64,000 nt of DNA. Source: Auanema rhodensis (Eukaryota; Animalia; Nematoda). Position 1 is the first letter of the stretch, and the number at the start of each line of letters is the position of its first letter. Made by a program: the position numbers and the translations under genes. The notes below the pieces were generated by a model. The model saw nothing but the letters and a program-made list of their open reading frames with translations. It searched no databases and was not told the DNA's origin. The stretch spans positions 18,414,001 through 18,478,000 of the forward strand of contig OZ059900.1 of the NCBI GenBank assembly GCA_964057225.1, read 5' to 3'. Positions 44,601-57,804 of this stretch are shown in pieces.

Positions 44601-44950
44601 ACCCCTGTTTTTTTGTCGTGAAAGTGGAACTAGACGTTGTACGAACAATTTTGAGCTAGGTTTCATTGACATTGCATGAGTTTGAACACATGAAATCGTA
44701 AGTCAAAACCTTGTTTACAGCGAACTTTCCAAAAACTGGTTTTCCAGCATAATAAAATATTTCTCATGGGAAATACTGTGTTTTTGTATTTTTCTAGTGT
44801 TCAGCATGTAAAATGCTTCATTTTAGTATGTAACACGCTGAAATTCGTTGCATTTGACGACTCATATGAACAAAAATCGATTTAATCAATATTAGCCATA
44901 AGGGGCGTGCCCTCAGAATATGCTAATTTCCTTAATTTTCTAACCCCTGT
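41700..44950 (-). repeat. 5-mer tandem duplication (1710 bp)
   Basis: AACTCGTTTT at about 42001 and 43711, each followed by three ATTAATT/GAACTTT monomers. Confidence 0.8.
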
Positions 44951-47900
44951 TTTTTGTCGTGAAAGTGGAACTAGACGTTGTAGGAACAATTTTGAGCTAG
45001 GTTTCATTGACATTGCATGAGTTTGAACACATGAAATCGTAAGTCAAAACCTTGTTTACAGCGAAATTTCCAAAAACTGGTTTTCCAGCATAATAAAATA
45101 TTTCTCATGGGAAATACTGTGTTTTTGTATTTTTATAGTGTTCAGCATGTAAAATGCTTCATTTAAGTATGTAACACGCTGAAATTCGTTGCATTTGACG
45201 ACTCATATGAACAAAAATCGATTTAATCAATATTAGCCATAAGGGGCGTGCCCTCAGAATATGCTAATTTCCTTAATTTTCTAACCCCTGTTTTTTTGTC
45301 GTGAAAGTGGAATTAGACGTTGTAGGAACAATTTTGAGCTAGGTTTCATTGACATTGCATGAGTTTGAACACATGAAATCGTAAGTCAAAACCTTGTTTA
45401 CAGCGAAACTTCCAAAAACTGGTTTTCCAGCATAATAAAATATTTCTCATGGGAAATACTGTTTTTTGTATTTTTCTAGTGTTCAGCATGTAAAATACTT
45501 CATTTTAGTATGTAACACGATGAAATTCGTTGCATTTGACGACTCATATGAACAAAAATCGATTTAATCAATATTAGCCATAAGGGGCGTGCCCTCAGAA
45601 TATGCTAATTTCCTAAATTTTCTAACCCCTGTTTTTTTGTCGTGAAAGTGGAACTAGACGTTGTACGAACAATTTTGAGCTAGGTTTTATTGACATTGCA
45701 TGAGTTTGAACACATGAAATCGTAAGTCAAAACCTTGTTTACAGCGAAAATTCCAAAAACTGGTTTCCAGCATAATAAAATATTTCTCATGGGAAATACT
45801 GTGTTTTTGTATTTTTATAGTGTTCAGCATGTAAAATGCTTCATTTTAGTATGTAACACGCTGAAATTCGTTGCATTTGACGACTCATATGAACAAAAAT
45901 CGATTTAATCAATATTAGCCATAAGGGGCGTGCCCTCAGAATATGCTAATTTCCTTAATTTTCTAACCCCTGTTTTTTTGTCGTGAAAGTGGAATTAGAC
46001 GTTGTAGGAACAATTTTGAGCTAGGTTTCATTGACATTGCATGAGTTTGAACACATGAAATCGTAAGTCAAAACCTTGTTTACAGCGAAACTTCCAAAAA
46101 CTGGTTTTCCAGCATAATAAAATATTTCTCATGGGAAATACTGTTTTTTGTATTTTTCTAGTGTTCAGCATGTAAAATACTTCATTTTAGTATGTAACAC
46201 GATGAAATTCGTTGCATTTGACGACTCATATGAACAAAAATCGATTTAATCAATATTAGCCATAAGGGGCGTGCCCTCAGAATATGCTAATTTCCTAAAT
46301 TTTCTAACCCCTGTTTTTTTGTCGTGAAAGTGGAACTAGACGTTGTACGAACAATTTTGAGCTAGGTTTCATTGACATTGCATGAGTTTGAACACATGAA
46401 ATCGTAAGTCAAAACCTTGTTTACAGCGAAATTTCCAAAAACTGGTTTTCCAGCATAATAAAATATTTCTCATGGGAAAAACTGTGTTTTTGTATTTTTC
46501 TAGTGTTCAGCATGTAAAATGCTTCATTTTAGTATGTAACACGCTGAAATTCGTTGCATTTGACGACTCATATGAACAAAAATCGATTTAATCAATATTA
46601 GCCATAAGGGGCGTGCCCTCAGAATATGCTAATTTCCTAAATTTTCTAACCCCTGTTTTTTTGTCGTGAAAGTGGAACTAGACGTTGTACGAACAGTTTT
46701 GAGCTAGGTTTCATTGACATTGCATGAGTTTGAACACATGAAATCGTAAGTCAAAACCTTGTTTACAGCGAAAATTCCAAAAACTGGTTTCCAGTATAAT
46801 AAAATATTTCTCATGGGAAATACTGTGTTTTTGTATTTTTCTAGTGTTCAGCATGTAAAATGCTTCATTTAAGTATGTAACACGCTGAAATTAATTGCAT
46901 TTGACGACTCATATGAACAAAAATCGATTTAATCAATATTAGCCATAAGGGGCGTGCCCTCAGAATATGCTAATTTCCTTAATTTTCTAACCCCTGTTTT
47001 TTTGTCGTGAAAGTGGAACTAGACGTTGTACGAACAATTTTGAGCTAGGTTTCATTGACATTGCATGAGTTTGAACACATGAAATCGTAAGTCAAAACCT
47101 TGTTTACAGCGAAAATTCCAAAAACTGGTTTCCAGTATAATAAAATATTTCTTATGGGAAATACTGTGTTTTTGTACTTTTCTAGTGTTCAGCATGTAAA
47201 ATACTTCATTTTAGTATGTAACACGCTGAAATTCGTTGCATTTGACGACTCATATGAACAAAAATCGATTTAATCAATATTAGCCATAAGGGGCGTGCCC
47301 TCAGAATATGCTAATTTCCTAAATTTTCTAACCCCTGTTTTTTTGTCGTGAAAGTGGAACTAGACGTTGTACGAACAGTTTTGAGCTAGGTTTCATTGAC
47401 ATTGCATGAGTTTGAACACATGAAATCGTAAGTCAAAACCTTGTTTACAGCGAAAATTCCAAAAACTGGTTTCCAGTATAATAAAATATTTCTCATGGGA
47501 AATACTGTGTTTTTGTATTTTTCTAGTGTTCAGCATGTAAAATGCTTCATTTAAGTATGTAACACGCTGAAATTCGTTGCATTTGACGACTCATATGAAC
47601 AAAAATCGATTTAATCAATATTAGCCATAAGGGGCGTGCCCTCAGAATATGCTAATTTCCTTAATTTTCTAACCCCTGTTTTTTTGTCGTGAAAGTGGAA
47701 CTAGACGTTGTAGGAACAATTTTGAGCTAGGTTTCATTGACATTGCATGAGTTTGAACACATGAAATCGTAAGTCAAAACCTTGTTTACAGCGAAATTTC
47801 CAAAAACTCGTTTTCCAGCATAATAAAATATTTCTCATGGGAAATACTGTGTTTTTGTATTTTTTTAGTGTTCAGCATGTAAAATGCTTCATTTTAGTAT

Positions 47901-50900
47901 GTAACACGCTGAAATTAATTGCATTTGACGACTCATATGAACAAAAATCGATTTAATCAATATTAGCCATAAGGGGCGTGCCCTCAGAATATGCTAATTT
48001 CCTTAATTTTCTAACCCCTGTTTTTTTGTCGTGAAAGTGGAACTAGACGTTGTACGAACAATTTTGAGCTAGGTTTCATTGACATTGCATGAGTTTGAAC
48101 ACATGAAATCGTAAGTCAAAACCTTGTTTACAGCGAACTTTCCAAAAACTGGTTTTCCAGCATAATAAAATATTTCTCATGGGAAATACTGTGTTTTTGT
48201 ATTTTTCTAGTGTTCAGCATGTGAAATGCTTCATTTTAGTATGTAACAGGCTGAAATTCGTTGCATTTGACGACTCATATGAACAAAAATCGATTTAATC
48301 AATATTAGCCATAAGGGGCGTGCCCTCAGAATATGCTAATTTCCTTAATTTTCTAACCCCTGTTTTGTTGTCGTGAAAGTGGAACTAGACGTTGTAGGAA
48401 CAATTTTGAGCTAGGTTTCATTTTCATTGCATGAGTTTGAACACATGAAATCGTAAGTCAAAACCTTGTTTACAGCGAAATTTCCAAAAACTGGTTTTCC
48501 AGCATAATAAAATATTTCTCATGGGAAATACTGTGTTTTTGTATTTTTCTAGTGTTCAGCATGTAAAATGCTTCATTTTAGTATGTAACACGCTGAAATT
48601 CGTTGCATTTGACGACTCATATGAACAAAAATCGATTTAATCAATATTAGCCATAAGGGGCGTGCCCTCAGAATATGCTAATTTCCTTAATTTTCTAACC
48701 CCTGTTTTTTTGTCGTGAAAGTGGAATTAGACGTTGTAGGAACAATTTTGAGCTAGGTTTCATTGACATTGCATGAGTTTGAACACATGAAATCGTAAGT
48801 CAAAACCTTGTTTACAGCGAAATTTCCAAAAACTGGTTTTCCAGCATAATAAAATATTTCTCATGGGAAATACTGTGTTTTTGTATTTTTCTAGTGTTCA
48901 GCATGTAAAATGCTTCATTTTAGTATGTAACACGCTGAAATTCGTTGCATTTGACGACTCATATGAACAAAAATCGATTTAATCAATATTAGCCATAAGG
49001 GGCGTGCCCTCAGAATATGCTAATTTCCTTAATTTTCTAACCCCTGTTTTTTTGTCGTGAAAGTGGAATTAGACGTTGTAGGAACAATTTTGAGCTAGGT
49101 TTCATTGACATTGCATGAGTTTGAACACATGAAATCGTAAGTCAAAACCTTGTTTACAGCGAAACTTCCAAAAACTGGTTTTCCAGCATAATAAAATATT
49201 TCTCATGGGAAATACTGTGTTTTTGTATTTTTCTAGTGTTCAGCATGTAAAATACTTCATTTTAGTATGTAACACGCTGAAATTCGTTGCATTTGACGAC
49301 TCATATGAACAAAAATCGATTTAATCAATATTAGCCATAAGGGGCGTGCCCTCAGAATATGCTAATTTCCTTAATTTTCTAACCCCTGTTTTTTTGTCGT
49401 GAAAGTGGAATTAGACGTTGTAGGAACAATTTTGAGCTAGGTTTCATTGACATTGCATGAGTTTGAACACATGAAATCGTAAGTCAAAACCTTGTTTACA
49501 GCGAAACTTCCAAAAACTGGTTTTCCAGCATAATAAAATATTTCTCATGGGAAATACTGTGTTTTTGTATTTTTCTAGTGTTCAGCATGTAAAATACTTC
49601 ATTTTAGTATGTAACACGATGAAATTCGTTGCATTTGACGACTCATATGAACAAAAATCGATTTAATCAATATTAGCCATAAGGGGCGTGCCCTCAGAAT
49701 ATGCTAATTTCCTAAATTTTCTAACCCCTGTTTTTTTGTCGTGAAAGTGGAACTAGACGTTGTACGAACAATTTTGAGCTAGGTTTCATTGACATTGCAT
49801 GAGTTTGAACACATGAAATCGTAAGTCAAAACCTTGTTTACAGCGAAATTTCCAAAAACTGGTTTTCCAGCATAATAAAATATTTCTCATGGGAAAAACT
49901 GTGTTTTTGTATTTTTCTAGTGTTCAGCATGTAAAATGCTTCATTTTAGTATGTAACACGCTGAAATTCGTTGCATTTGACGACTCATATGAACAAAAAT
50001 CGATTTAATCAATATTAGCCATAAGGGGCGTGCCCTCAGAATATGCTAATTTCCTAAATTTTCTAACCCCTGTTTTTTTGTCGTGAAAGTGGAACTAGAC
50101 GTTGTAGGAACAATTTTGAGCTAGGTTTCATTGACATTGCATGAGTTTGAACACATGAAATCGTAAGTCAAAACCTTGTTTACAGCGAAAATTCCAAAAA
50201 CTGGTTTCCAGTATAATAAAATATTTCTCATGGGAAATACTGTGTTTTTGTATTTTTCTAGTGTTCAGCATGTAAAATGCTTCATTTTAGTGTGTAACAC
50301 GCTGAAATTCGTTGCATTTGACGACTCATATGAACAAAAATCGATTTAATCAATATTAGCCATAAGGGGCGTGCCCTCAGAATATGCTAATTTCCTTAAT
50401 TTTCTAACCCCTGTTTTTTTGTCGTGAAAGTGGAACTAGACGTTGTACGAACAATTTTGAGCTAGGTTTCATTGACATTGCATGAGTTTGAACACATGAA
50501 ATCGTAAGTCAAAACCTTGTTTACAGCGAAATTTCCAAAAACTGGTTTTCCAGCATAATAAAATATTTCTCATGGGAAATACTGTGTTTTTGTATTTTTC
50601 TAGTGTTCAGCATGTAAAATACTTCATTTTAGTATGTAACACGCTGAAATTCGTTGCATTTGACGACTCATATGCACAAAAATCGATTTAATCAATATTA
50701 GCCATAAGGGGCGTGCCCTCAGAATATGCTAATTTCCTTAATTTTCTAACCCCTGTTTTTTTGTCGTGAAAGTGTAACTAGACGTTGTAGGAACAATTTT
50801 GAGCAAGGTTTCATTGACATTGCATGAGTTTGAACACATGAAATCGTAAGTCAAAACCTTGTTTACAGCGAAATTTCCAAAAACTGGTTTTCCAGCATAA

Positions 50901-51040
50901 TAAAATATTTCTTATGGGAAATACTGTGTTTTTGTATTTTTCTAGTGTTCAGCATGTAAAATACTTCATTTTAGTATGTAACACGCTGAAATTCGTTGCA
51001 TTTGACGACTCATATGAACAAAAATCGATTTAATCAATAT

Positions 51041-51058
51041 TAGCCATCCAAAAACTGG
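51041..51058 (-). other. 171-bp internal deletion junction (half monomer)
   Basis: TAGCCAT|CCAAAAACTGG. Successive GCCAT anchors lie at 50701, 51043 and 51214 (spacings 342, then 171). Monomer positions 51-221 are missing. Confidence 0.95.
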
Positions 51059-54000
51059 TTTTCCAGCATAATAAAATATTTCTCATGGGAAATACTGTGT
51101 TTTTGTATTTTTATAGTGTTCAGCATGTAAAATGCTTCATTTTAGTATGTAACACCCTGAAATTCGTTTCATTTGACGACTCATATGAACAAAAATCGAT
51201 TTAATCAATATTAGCCATAAGGGGCGTGCCCTCAGAATATGCTAATTTTCTAAATTTTCTAACCCCTGTTTTTTTGTCGTGAAAGTGGAACTAGACGTTG
51301 TAGGAACAATTTTGAGCAAGGTTTCATTGACATTGCATGAGTTTGAACACATGAAATCGTAAGTCAAAACCTTGTTTACAGCGAAATTTCCAAAAACTGG
51401 TTTTCCAGCATAATAAAATATTTCTCATGGGAAATACTGTGTTTTTGTATTTTTCTAGTGTTCAGCATGTGAAATACTTCATTTTAGTTTGTAATACGCT
51501 GAAATTCGTTGCATTTGACGACTCATATGAACAAAAATCGATTTAATCAATATTAGCCATAAGGGGCGTGCCCTCAGAATATGCTAATTTCCTAAATTTT
51601 CTAACCCCTGTTTTTTTGTCGTGAAAGTGGAACTAGACGTTGTAGGAACAATTTTGAGCTAGGTTTCATTGACATTGCATGAGTTTGAACACATGAAATC
51701 GTAAGTCAAAACCTTGTTTACAGCGAAATTTCCAAAAACTGGTTTTCCAGCATAATAAAATATTTCTCATGGGAAATACTGTGTTTTTGTATTTTTCTAG
51801 TGTTCAGCATGTAAAATACTTCATTTTAGTATGTAACACGCTGAAATTCGTTGCATTTGACGACTCATATGAACAAAAATCGATTTAATCAATATTAGCC
51901 ATAAGGGGCGTGCCCTCAGAATGTGCTAATTTCCTTAATTTTCTAACCCCTGTTTTTTTGTCGTGAAAGTGGAATTAGACGTTGTAGGAACAATTTTGAG
52001 CTAGGTTTCATTGACATTGCATGAGTTTGAACACATGAAATCGTAAGTCAAAACCTTGTTTACAGCGAACTTTCCAAAAACTGGTTTTCCAGCATAATAA
52101 AATATTTCTCATGGGAAATACTGTGTTTTTGTATTTTTATAGTGTTCAGCATGTAAAATGCTTCATTTTAGTATGTAACACCCTGAAATTCGTTTCATTT
52201 GACGACTCATATGAACAAAAATCGATTTAATCAATATTAGCCATAAGGGGCGTGCCCTCAGAATATGCTAATTTCCTAAATTTTCTAACCCCTGTTTTTT
52301 TGTCGTGAAAGTGGAACTAGACGTTGTAGGAACAATTTTGAGCAAGGTTTCATTGACATTGCATGAGTTTGAACACATGAAATCGTAAGTCAAAACCTTG
52401 TTTACAGCGAAATTTCCAAAAACTGGTTTTCCAGCATAATAAAATATTTCTCATGGGAAATACTGTGTTTTTGTATTTTTCTAGTGTTCAGCATGTGAAA
52501 TACTTCATTTTAGTTTGTAATACGCTGAAATTCGTTGCATTTGACGACTCATATGAACAAAAATCGATTTAATCAATATTAGCCATAAGGGGCGTGCCCT
52601 CAGAATATGCTAATTTCCTAAATTTTCTAACCCCTGTTTTTTTGTCGTGAAAGTGGAACTAGACGTTGTAGGAACAATTTTGAGCTAGGTTTCATTGACA
52701 TTGCATGAGTTTGAACACATGAAATCGTAAGTCAAAACCTTGTTTACAGCGAAATTTCCAAAAACTGGTTTTCCAGCATAATAAAATATTTCTCATGGGA
52801 AATACTGTGTTTTTGTATTTTTCTAGTGTTCAGCATGTAAAATGCTTCATTTTAGTATGTAACACGCTGAAATTCGTTGCATTTGACGACTCATATGAAC
52901 AAAAATCGATTTAATCAATATTAGCCATAAGGGGCGTGCCCTCAGAATATGCTAATTTCCTTAATTTTCTAACCCCTGTTTTTTTGTCGTGAAAGTGGAA
53001 CTAGACGTTGTACGAACAATTTTGAGCTAGGTTTCATTGACATTGCATGAGTTTGAACACATGAAATCGTAAGTCAAAACCTTGTTTACAGCGAACTTTC
53101 CAAAAACTGGTTTTCCAGCATAATAAAATATTTCTCATGGGAAATACTGTGTTTTTGTATTTTTATAGTGTTCAGCATGTAAAATGCTTCATTTTAGTAT
53201 GTAACACCCTGAAATTCGTTTCATTTGACGACTCATATGAACAAAAATCGATTTAATCAATATTAGCCATAAGGGGCGTGCCCTCAGAATATGCTAATTT
53301 CCTAAATTTTCTAACCCCTGTTTTTTTGTCGTGAAAGTGGAACTAGACGTTGTAGGAACAATTTTGAGCAAGGTTTCATTGACATTGCATGAGTTTGAAC
53401 ACATGAAATCGTAAGTCAAAACCTTGTTTACAGCGAAATTTCCAAAAACTGGTTTTCCAGCATAATAAAATATTTCTCATGGGAAATACTGTGTTTTTGT
53501 ATTTTTCTAGTGTTCAGCATGTGAAATACTTCATTTTAGTTTGTAATACGCTGAAATTCGTTGCATTTGACGACTCATATGAACAAAAATCGATTTAATC
53601 AATATTAGCCATAAGGGGCGTGCCCTCAGAATATGCTAATTTCCTAAATTTTCTAACCCCTGTTTTTTTGTCGTGAAAGTGGAACTAGACGTTGTAGGAA
53701 CAATTTTGAGCTAGGTTTCATTGACATTGCATGAGTTTGAACACATGAAATCGTAAGTCAAAACCTTGTTTACAGCGAAATTTCCAAAAACTGGTTTTCC
53801 AGCATAATAAAATATTTCTCATGGGAAATACTGTGTTTTTGTATTTTTCTAGTGTTCAGCATGTAAAATGCTTCATTTTAGTATGTAACACGCTGAAATT
53901 CGTTGCATTTGACGACTCATATGAACAAAAATCGATTTAATCAATATTAGCCATAAGGGGCGTGCCCTCAGAATATGCTAATTTCCTTAATTTTCTAACC

Positions 54001-54460
54001 CCTGTTTTTTTGTCGTGAAAGTGGAACTAGACGTTGTACGAACAATTTTGAGCTAGGTTTCATTGACATTGCATGAGTTTGAACACATGAAATCGTAAGT
54101 CAAAACCTTGTTTACAGCGAACTTTCCAAAAACTGGTTTTCCAGCATAATAAAATATTTCTCATGGGAAATACTGTGTTTTTGTATTTTTATAGTGTTCA
54201 GCATGTAAAATGCTTCATTTTAGTATGTAACACCCTGAAATTCGTTTCATTTGACGACTCATATGAACAAAAATCGATTTAATCAATATTAGCCATAAGG
54301 GGCGTGCCCTCAGAATATGCTAATTTTCTAAATTTTCTAACCCCTGTTTTTTTGTCGTGAAAGTGGAACTAGACGTTGTAGGAACAATTTTGAGCAAGGT
54401 TTCATTGACATTGCATGAGTTTGAACACATGAAATCGTAAGTCAAAACCTTGTTTACAGC
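51048..54460 (-). repeat. Local 3-mer higher-order repeat, 1026-bp period, about 3.3 copies
   Basis: AACACCCTG+CGTTTC+GAGCAAGG monomer at 51156, 52182, 53208 and 54234. TAGTTTGTAATACG monomer follows the first three. Confidence 0.85.
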
Positions 54461-57400
54461 GAACTTTCCAAAAACTGGTTTTCCAGCATAATAAAATATT
54501 TCTCATGGGAAATACTGTGTTTTTGTATTTTTATAGTGTTCAGCATGTAAAATGCTTCATTTTAGTATGTAACACGCTGAAATTCGTTGCATTTGACGAC
54601 TCATATGAACAAAAATCGATTTAATCAATATTAGCCATAAGGGGCGTGCCCTCAGAATATGCTAATTTTCTAAATTTTCTAACCCCTGTTTTTTTGTCGT
54701 GAAAGTGGAACTAGACGTTGTAGGAACAATTTTGAGCAAGGTTTCATTGACATTGCATGAGTTTGAACACATGAAATCGTAAGTCAAAACCTTGTTTACA
54801 GCGAACTTTCCAAAAACTGGTTTTCCAGCATAATAAAATATTTCTCATGGGAAATACTGTGTTTTTGTATTTTTATAGTGTTCAGCATGTAAAATGCTTC
54901 ATTTTAGTATGTAACACGCTGAAATTCGTTGCATTTGACGACTCATATGAACAAAAATCGATTTAATCAATATTAGCCATAAGGGGCGTGCCCTCAGAAT
55001 ATGCTAATTTCCTTAATTTTCTAACCCCTGTTTTTTTGTCGTGAAAGTGGAACTAGACGTTGTAGGAACAATTTTGAGCAAGGTTTCATTGACATTGCAT
55101 GAGTTTGAACACATGAAATCGTAAGTCAAAACCATGTTTACAGCGAAATTTCCAAAAACTGGTTTTCCAGCATAATAAAATATTTCTCATGGGAAATACT
55201 GTGTTTTTGTATTTTTCTAGTGTTCAGCATGTGAAATACTTCATTTTAGTATGTAATACGCTGAAATTCAATGCATTTGACGACTCATATGAACAAAAAT
55301 CGATTTAATCAATATTAGCCATAAGGGGCGTGCCCTCAGAATATGCTAATTTCCTAAATTTTCTAACCCCTGTTTTTTTGTCGTGAAAGTGGAACTAGAC
55401 GTTGTAGGAACAATTTTGAGCTAGGTTTCATTGACATTGCATGAGTTTGAACACATGAAATCGTAAGTCAAAACCTTGTTTACAGCGAAATTTCCAAAAA
55501 CTGGTTTTCCAGCATAATAAAATATTTCTCATGGGAAAAACTGTGTTTTTGTATTTTTCTAGTGTTCAGCATGTAAAATACTTCATTTTAGTATGTAACA
55601 CGCTGAAATTTGTTGCATTTGACGACTCATATGAACAAAAATCGATTTAATCAATATTAGCCATAAGGGGCGTGCCCTCAGAATGTGCTAATTTCCTTAA
55701 TTTTCTAACCCCTGTTTTTTTGTCGTGAAAGTGGAATTAGACGTTGTAGGAACAATTTTGAGCTAGGTTTCATTGACATTGCATGAGTTTGAACACATGA
55801 AATCGTAAGTCAAAACCTTGTTTACAGCGAACTTTCCAAAAACTGGTTTTCCAGCATAATAAAATATTTCTCATGGGAAATACTGTGTTTTTGTATTTTT
55901 ATAGTGTTCAGCATGTAAAATGCTTCATTTTAGTATGTAACACCCTGAAATTCGTTTCATTTGACGACTCATATGAACAAAAATCGATTTAATCAATATT
56001 AGCCATAAGGGGCGTGCCCTCAGAATATGCTAATTTCCTTAATTTTCTAACCCCTGTTTTTTTGTCGTGAAAGTGGAACTAGACGTTGTAGGAACAATTT
56101 TGAGCAAGGTTTCATTGACATTGCATGAGTTTGAACACATGAAATCGTAAGTCAAAACCTTGTTTACAGTGAAATTTCCAAAAACTGGTTTTCCAGCATA
56201 ATAAAATATTTCTCATGGGAAATACTGTGTTTTTGTATTTTTCTAGTGTTCAGCATGTGAAATACTTCATTTTAGTATGTAATACGCTGAAATTCGTTGC
56301 ATTTGACGACTCATATGAACAAAAATCGATTTAATCAATATTAGCCATAAGGGGCGTGCCCTCAGAATATGCTAATTTCCTAAATTTTCTAACCCCTGTT
56401 TTTTTGTCGTGAAAGTGGAACTAGACGTTGTAGGAACAATTTTGAGCTAGGTTTCATTGACATTGCATGAGTTTGAACACATGAAATCGTAAGTCAAAAC
56501 CTTGTTTACAGCGAAATTTCCAAAAACTGGTTTTCCAGCATAATAAAATATTTCTCATGGGAAAAACTGTGTTTTTGTATTTTTCTAGTGTTCAGCATGT
56601 AAAATGCTTCATTTTAGTATGTAACACGCTGAAATTTGTTGCATTTGACGACTCATATGAACAAAAATCGATTTAATCAATATTAGCCATAAGGGGCGTG
56701 CCCTCAGAATATGCTAATTTCCTTAATTTTCTAACCCCTGTTTTTTTGTCGTGAAAGTGGAACTAGACGTTGTAGGAACAATTTTGAGCAAGGTTTCATT
56801 GACATTGCATGAGTTTGAACACATGAAATCGTAAGTCAAAACCTTGTTTACAGCGAAATTTCCAAAAACTGGTTTTCCAGCATAATAAAATATTTCTCAT
56901 GGGAAATACTGTGTTTTTGTATTTTTCTAGTGTTCAGCATGTAAAATGCTTCATTTTAGTATGTAACACGCTGAAATTCGTTGCATTTGACGACTCATAT
57001 GAACAAAAATCGATTTAAACAATATTAGCCATAAGGGGCGTGCCCTCAGAATATGCTAATTTCCTTAATTTTCTAACCCCTGTTTTTTTGTCGTGAAAGT
57101 GGAACTAGACGTTGTACGAACAATTTTGAGCTAGGTTTCATTGACATTGCATGAGTTTGAACACATGAAATCGTAAGTCAAAACCTTGTTTACAGCGAAA
57201 TTTCCAAAAACTGGTTTTCCAGCATAATAAAATATTTCTCATGGGAAATACTGTGTTTTTGTATTTTTCTAGTGTTCAGCATGTAAAATGCTTCATTTTA
57301 GTATGTAACACGCTAAAATTCGTTGCATTTGACGACTCATATGAACAAAAATCGATTTAATCAATATTAGCCATAAGGGGCGTGCCCTCAGAATATGCTA

Positions 57401-57804
57401 ATTTCCTTAATTTTCTAACCCCTGTTTTTTTGTCGTGAAAGTGGAATTAGACGTTGTAGGAACAATTTTGAGCTAGGTTTCATTGACATTGCATGAGTTT
57501 GAACACATGAAATCGTAAGTCAAAACCTTGTTTACAGCGAAATTTCCAAAAACTGGTTTTCCAGCATAATAAAATATTTCTCATGGGAAATACTGTGTTT
57601 TTGTATTTTTATAGTGTTCAGCATGTAAAATGCTTCATTTTAGTATGTAACGCGCTGAAATTCGTTGCATTTGACGACTCATATGAACAAAAATCGATTT
57701 AATCAATATTAGCCATAAGGGGCGTGCCCTCAGAATATGCTAATTTCCTTAATTTTCTAACCCCTGTTTTTTTGTCGTGAAAGTGGAATTAGACGTTGTA
57801 GGAA

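Noticed and set aside
30291-47176. A continuous 6490-bp (19-mer) HOR
   Set aside because: The 6490 offset occurs twice (30291/36781 and 39712/46202), but intervening markers do not match at that offset. It looks like a coincidence of separate events.
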